In this document: positions 30,795-34,917 of the stretch, piece after piece | How the letters are laid out: every line of letters begins with the position of its first letter | Position numbering within the stretch: the first letter of the stretch is position 1 | Source of the DNA: a bacterium | GTDB lineage: Bacteria > Patescibacteriota > Saccharimonadia > Saccharimonadales > Saccharimonadaceae | Assembly (NCBI GenBank): GCA_030452455.1 | Contig: JAKDMF010000001.1 | Span: forward strand, 1 to 34,917 | DNA length: 34,917 bases | Reading direction: 5' to 3' | Program-made: the position numbers and the translations under genes | The notes under the pieces: model-generated | Database searches by the model: none | Told to the model about the DNA's origin: nothing | Seen by the model: the letters and a program-made list of their open reading frames with translations, nothing else

Positions 30795-33700
30795 ATGTCG
30801 GGGTTAGTAGATACTAGTAAAACTAGCGATAAGGATAGTCTTGTGGCGTCGGATTATGTGCATTTGCATAACCATACGCACCATAGTGTCTTAGATGGTC
30901 TTACTAAAATTCCTGATCTTGTGGCCCGCTCTAAGGAGCTTGGCATGGAAGCTGTCGCCATTACCGACCACGGCACTATGTCGGGTGCGATTGAGTTTTA
31001 TAAGGAGTGCCTGGCTACTGGCATTAAGCCAATCATTGGCCTCGAGGCTTACGTCGCCGCTCGCTCACGACATGATCGTGACCCGGGCAAAGATAAGGCC
31101 CGCTATCACCTGACGCTGTTAGCCTCCAATGAGACTGGCTACCGCAACCTAATGCAACTATCAACCCTCGCCAACCTTGAGGGAATTTACTACAAGCCGC
31201 GTATTGACCGTGAGCTACTTGAACAGTACAACGAGGGTATTTTTGCCTTAAGCGGCTGCGCCAGTGGTGAAGTCGGTGAAAGTTTACGCCAAGGAAATTA
31301 TAAACAGGCTAAAGAAGTTGCCTCGTGGTATAAATCAATCTTTGGCGATCGCTACTTTTTAGAGCTTCAAGACCACGGACATCCCGATAGTCCGGCGGCT
31401 TGGGATGTTCAGATTGGTATCAACCAAGGTCTGGAAAAATTATCAGCCGAACTTGGTATCGAAACTGTCGTGACGAGTGACGGTCACTACTTGAACCACG
31501 ACGATCGTGACTCACACGAGATACTTCTCTGTGTAGGGACAGGTGCTTTCTTGAGCGACGAGAAGCGAATGAGCCTTAAGGAGTTCGAGCTGCACGTTAC
31601 TGACCCAGTTGATATGATATCGCGCTGGCAAAAAACTAATCCCCGTGCCATCAAGAACACTAAGAAAATTGCTGATCAGTGCAAGCTAACAATCGAGCTT
31701 GGTAAGATACTGATTCCTAAGTTCCCAGTTCCCGACGGACTGGACGAAAAATCCTATCTTGATAAGCTGGTCTATCGCGGCCTAGCTGTTCGCTATTTAG
31801 CCAAAACAGTCGATGAGGCCATAGCGCTGACAAATAACGAGATTCGAACGCTACTTGAAGCCGACATAGTCGAGAGACTTGATATGGAGTTCGGCGTGCT
31901 GGATAACATGGGCTATAACGGTTACTTCTTGATTGTTCAGGACTTTATTAACTGGGGTAAAAACCGTGGTATTATTTTTGGTCCCGGCCGTGGCTCGGCA
32001 GCTGGCTCAATCATCGCCTATGCGCTTAATATCACCGATCTTGACCCTCTGAAGTACGACCTGCTATTTGAACGTTTCTTAAATCCCGATCGCATCTCGA
32101 TGCCAGATATTGATATTGATATTCAGGATACCCGTCGCGGGGAAGTTATTGAGTATTGTACCGATAAATATGGTGCCAGTCGAGTGGCTAATATTGTGAC
32201 CTTTGGCCGGATGGCAGCTCGAGCGGCCGTCCGAGACGTGGCACGAGTACTAGAGGTGCCATATGGCGAAAGCGACCGACTAGCTAAAATGATTCCACCA
32301 CCAATTCAGGGACGTCACATGCCACTCAAGGTCTCGCTCCAGGAAGACCCCGACTTAAAGCGGGAGTATGAATCGAACCCAGTAGCTAAAAGGGTGTTTG
32401 ATTTTGCGGCTCGACTGGACGGAACGATTCGCTCTCATGGCGTGCACGCGGCCGGTGTCGTTATCGCACCGGATGACCTAGTGAAGTACGTCCCACTTGA
32501 GATGGCACAAAAGGGCGTCATCGCGACCCAGTATCCGATGGGACCAGTCGAGGAACTGGGTCTACTAAAAATGGACTTTTTGGGACTTAGTAACTTAACC
32601 ATCATCAATAACGCCCTGCGAATTATCAAAAAGGTGCACGGAGATGACATTAATTTATCCGAGTTGTCGTTAGAGGATGAAGCGACCTATGAGCTTTTCC
32701 AGCGCGGTGACACGACTGGTGTCTTCCAGCTTGAGTCGGCCGGTATGAAGCGCTACTTGCGGGAACTTAAGCCGTCACACTTTGACGATATCATTGCGAT
32801 GGTTGCTCTCTACCGCCCGGGGCCAATGCAGTTTATTGATAGCTTTATTAAGCGAAAGCACGGTGAAGAGGAGATTACCTATCTTCACCCAGGGCTCAAA
32901 CCATCGCTCAAGAGTACATACGGTATTTTGATCTATCAGGAGCAATTCATGCAGATTTCAAAAGACTGGGCTGGGTTCAGTGGAGGTCAAGCCGATACAC
33001 TGCGAAAAGCAGTTGGTAAAAAGAATATCGATCTTATGAAAAAGGTTAAACCAGAGTTTATCGAAGGTGCAGTCAAGCATAGCGGTGCATCACGGGAGGT
33101 GGCTAACCAATTCTGGGACCAGCTCGAGGAGTTCGCGAACTATAGCTTTAATAAGTCCCACGCCGCCTGCTATGGCCTGATATCTTATTGGACAGCCTAC
33201 CTGAAGGCACATTATCCGGCGGCCTTCATGGCGGCGGTCATGACTAGTGACCAAGATGACGTCGAGCGACTAGCGATTGAAATCAATGAGTGCAAACACA
33301 TGGGCATAAAAGTACTGGCGCCAGATGTTAATGAATCGTTCGTTGAATTTGCGGTCGTACCCGGCAAGAGCGAAATTCGCTTCGGCATGGCAGCCGTCAA
33401 AGGTGTCGGTGTCGGGGCGGTTGAGGAAATCCTGCGCGCCCGCGCTGACGAAAAATTTAGCAGTGTTGAGGACTTCGCCCGCCGTGTCAGCACCTCGAAG
33501 TTCAATCGAAAAGCTTGGGAGTCACTCATGAAAACCGGCGGTTTCGATAAGTTTGGTGACCGGTCAGATCTGCTGTTTAACCTAGAAACCCTCCAGGCCT
33601 TTGCCTCGAAACTGCAAAAGGAAGCCCTGAGCGGTCAGACCGATCTATTTGGCGGATTGACTGGTGACGCCAGTGTCCAGCCGACTATCAGCCTCCAGAC

Positions 33701-34517
33701 CGCACCAGCCAAGCATACTTCTAAAGAACGTCTTATGTGGGAACGTGAGCTACTGGGTCTGTATATCAGCGCTCATCCGCTCGATGAGTATGATACTTAT
33801 TTTGAGGAACAAACAGTACCGATACGAAACATATCGGCCGACATTGATGGGCGCAAAATCACGACTGGAGGTATCGTCAGCACAGTCCGCTCAATCGTGA
33901 CTAAGTCGGGCGGTAAGATGGCCTTTGTCCGGATGGAAGATAAAACCTCCGAACTGGAAGTCATAGTGTTCCCAAACCTCTACGCCGAGGTTGGTGGTAA
34001 GTTAACTCAGGATAGAATCTTTAAGATATCGGGCAAAGTATCAGCCCGCGATCGAGATGGTGTTTTGACGAGCGAAGTTAAGATAATCGCCGACGATATT
34101 ACCGAGGTAACCGACGAAGAGCTAGCTGACTATGAATCGACCGGTCGCAAGATGCAGACGCCATCAATGAGCTCCAAGGTTAAAGCATCACGCGTCAAAG
34201 ACATGCAGGCCAAGTACGGTGTTGAGCCAAAAGAAAAAACTAATAAAAAAGCTGAGAACACGCCAAAATCTGTCCCGGTTGATGATAAGCCAAGCCTTAA
34301 AAAGCTGTATGTTCATATCAAAAACCCGGACGATAAAGACGGCCTATTAGCGCTGAAGCAAATCTGTTCTAAATTCCCCGGTGTCGTCGATATCATACTA
34401 GTGCTTGGCTCTGACAAAAAATCAGCCATCAAGCTGCCGTTTAAAGTCGATGGTAGCGACGAGCTAACCGCAAGCCTCGTCAAGCAGTTTAGTGAAGACT
34501 GCGTAGTTTTTAAGTAG
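30795..34517 (+). CDS. dnaE: DNA polymerase III alpha subunit
   Basis: 1240 aa with the PHP domain HLHNHTHHSVLDG. The polymerase core contains PDIDIDI, GLLKMDFLGL, ALYRPGP and FNKSHAACY. HhH, OB-fold and C-terminal domains follow. Confidence 0.95.
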   Translation: MSGLVDTSKTSDKDSLVASDYVHLHNHTHHSVLDGLTKIPDLVARSKELGMEAVAITDHGTMSGAIEFYKECLATGIKPIIGLEAYVAARSRHDRDPGKDKARYHLTLLASNETGYRNLMQLSTLANLEGIYYKPRIDRELLEQYNEGIFALSGCASGEVGESLRQGNYKQAKEVASWYKSIFGDRYFLELQDHGHPDSPAAWDVQIGINQGLEKLSAELGIETVVTSDGHYLNHDDRDSHEILLCVGTGAFLSDEKRMSLKEFELHVTDPVDMISRWQKTNPRAIKNTKKIADQCKLTIELGKILIPKFPVPDGLDEKSYLDKLVYRGLAVRYLAKTVDEAIALTNNEIRTLLEADIVERLDMEFGVLDNMGYNGYFLIVQDFINWGKNRGIIFGPGRGSAAGSIIAYALNITDLDPLKYDLLFERFLNPDRISMPDIDIDIQDTRRGEVIEYCTDKYGASRVANIVTFGRMAARAAVRDVARVLEVPYGESDRLAKMIPPPIQGRHMPLKVSLQEDPDLKREYESNPVAKRVFDFAARLDGTIRSHGVHAAGVVIAPDDLVKYVPLEMAQKGVIATQYPMGPVEELGLLKMDFLGLSNLTIINNALRIIKKVHGDDINLSELSLEDEATYELFQRGDTTGVFQLESAGMKRYLRELKPSHFDDIIAMVALYRPGPMQFIDSFIKRKHGEEEITYLHPGLKPSLKSTYGILIYQEQFMQISKDWAGFSGGQADTLRKAVGKKNIDLMKKVKPEFIEGAVKHSGASREVANQFWDQLEEFANYSFNKSHAACYGLISYWTAYLKAHYPAAFMAAVMTSDQDDVERLAIEINECKHMGIKVLAPDVNESFVEFAVVPGKSEIRFGMAAVKGVGVGAVEEILRARADEKFSSVEDFARRVSTSKFNRKAWESLMKTGGFDKFGDRSDLLFNLETLQAFASKLQKEALSGQTDLFGGLTGDASVQPTISLQTAPAKHTSKERLMWERELLGLYISAHPLDEYDTYFEEQTVPIRNISADIDGRKITTGGIVSTVRSIVTKSGGKMAFVRMEDKTSELEVIVFPNLYAEVGGKLTQDRIFKISGKVSARDRDGVLTSEVKIIADDITEVTDEELADYESTGRKMQTPSMSSKVKASRVKDMQAKYGVEPKEKTNKKAENTPKSVPVDDKPSLKKLYVHIKNPDDKDGLLALKQICSKFPGVVDIILVLGSDKKSAIKLPFKVDGSDELTASLVKQFSEDCVVFK

Positions 34518-34522
34518 TCAAC

Positions 34523-34867
34523 TTAAATATCGTACGATTTTTCAAACCAGCTATCGCCAGATTCAATCAGATCTATAATATCGTGACAACTTGGCAATAG
34601 ATCATCGACTGCATTGATCTCACTCCAGAAATTTTCACCAGTTTCGTCACCCGACTTAATATTGTCCGACTTTGTTTCACCGTATAGAATCACCACGTGC
34701 GAATAGCTCTGCAGCTCATCGTTAAGGGATTGTGTTATCAGGGCTGAGCCCCGAATACTCAAACTGATAGCTAGATTTGACTTGTCACGCAAGCGATTTG
34801 TGGCCGCCTCGATCACCGACATGCCTGGCTCCGGCTCGCCGTGTATAAAGCCGCTATATCCTAACAT
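34523..34867 (-). CDS. Hypothetical protein, possibly 5'-truncated by the window edge
   Basis: 114 aa from the first in-window Met. The same frame stays open from 34868 to the window end at 34917, so the real start may lie outside the window. I recognise no motif. It is convergent with dnaE, with 5 nt between the stops. Confidence 0.35.
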   Translation of the reverse strand: MLGYSGFIHGEPEPGMSVIEAATNRLRDKSNLAISLSIRGSALITQSLNDELQSYSHVVILYGETKSDNIKSGDETGENFWSEINAVDDLLPSCHDIIDLIESGDSWFEKSYDI

Positions 34868-34917
34868 TGGCTGAACCTTGCGTCGACGAAGTAAGTAGCT
34901 AGAGCCATGCCTAATGA

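Noticed and set aside
1-34917. CRISPR arrays, tRNA/rRNA/tmRNA genes and large repeats.
   Set aside because: Intergenic regions are all under about 250 nt and none shows cloverleaf-like or repeat-spacer structure. The only notable sequence similarity within the window is at protein level, between the two AAA+ paralogs and between the two PfkB paralogs.

Overview
This is a dense 34.9-kb chromosomal window that is mostly housekeeping. It holds about 35 CDS. I saw no rRNA, tRNA, CRISPR array, transposase or integrase. The gene content and style point to a reduced-genome Patescibacteria/CPR bacterium, plausibly Saccharibacteria. The supporting traits are a split transketolase, GatCAB, a truncated Rel, many tiny membrane ORFs and 0-10 nt gene junctions. 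This taxonomic call is inference only.

Confidently recognisable genes:
- Translation and replication: pheS, pheT, gatC, gatA, gatB, uvrB, dnaE.
- Redox and folding: type-II NADH dehydrogenase, membrane-anchored FKBP, trxB.
- Other metabolism: glycerophosphodiester phosphodiesterase, ppa, rel, gap, galU.
- A sugar-phosphate block: rpiB, rpe-like, transketolase N and C subunits, class II fba and two PfkB kinases.

The best candidate for an undescribed system is a four-gene cassette at about 1385-5752 that separates pheS from pheT. It contains a polytopic membrane protein, two tandem paralogous stand-alone ClpA/ClpB/ClpC-D2-type AAA+ proteins, and an acidic orphan protein. One AAA+ paralog has every catalytic motif intact. 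In the other, every motif except Walker A is mutated.

Other points worth a second look:
- A membrane-anchored protein with an RNxxxH (HEPN-like) motif is translationally nested between gatA and gatB.
- One PfkB kinase is fused to an unknown N-terminal domain, with an internal SD+ATG exactly at the domain boundary.
- TGnTAnAAT extended -10 boxes recur, and many sit 6-8 nt upstream of an ATG, which implies leaderless mRNAs.
- A minus-strand island encodes small membrane peptides and an acidic lipoprotein.
- A ytxG/ytxH-like cluster of small membrane proteins precedes dnaE.

All family assignments come from motif recognition by eye, not from database searches.
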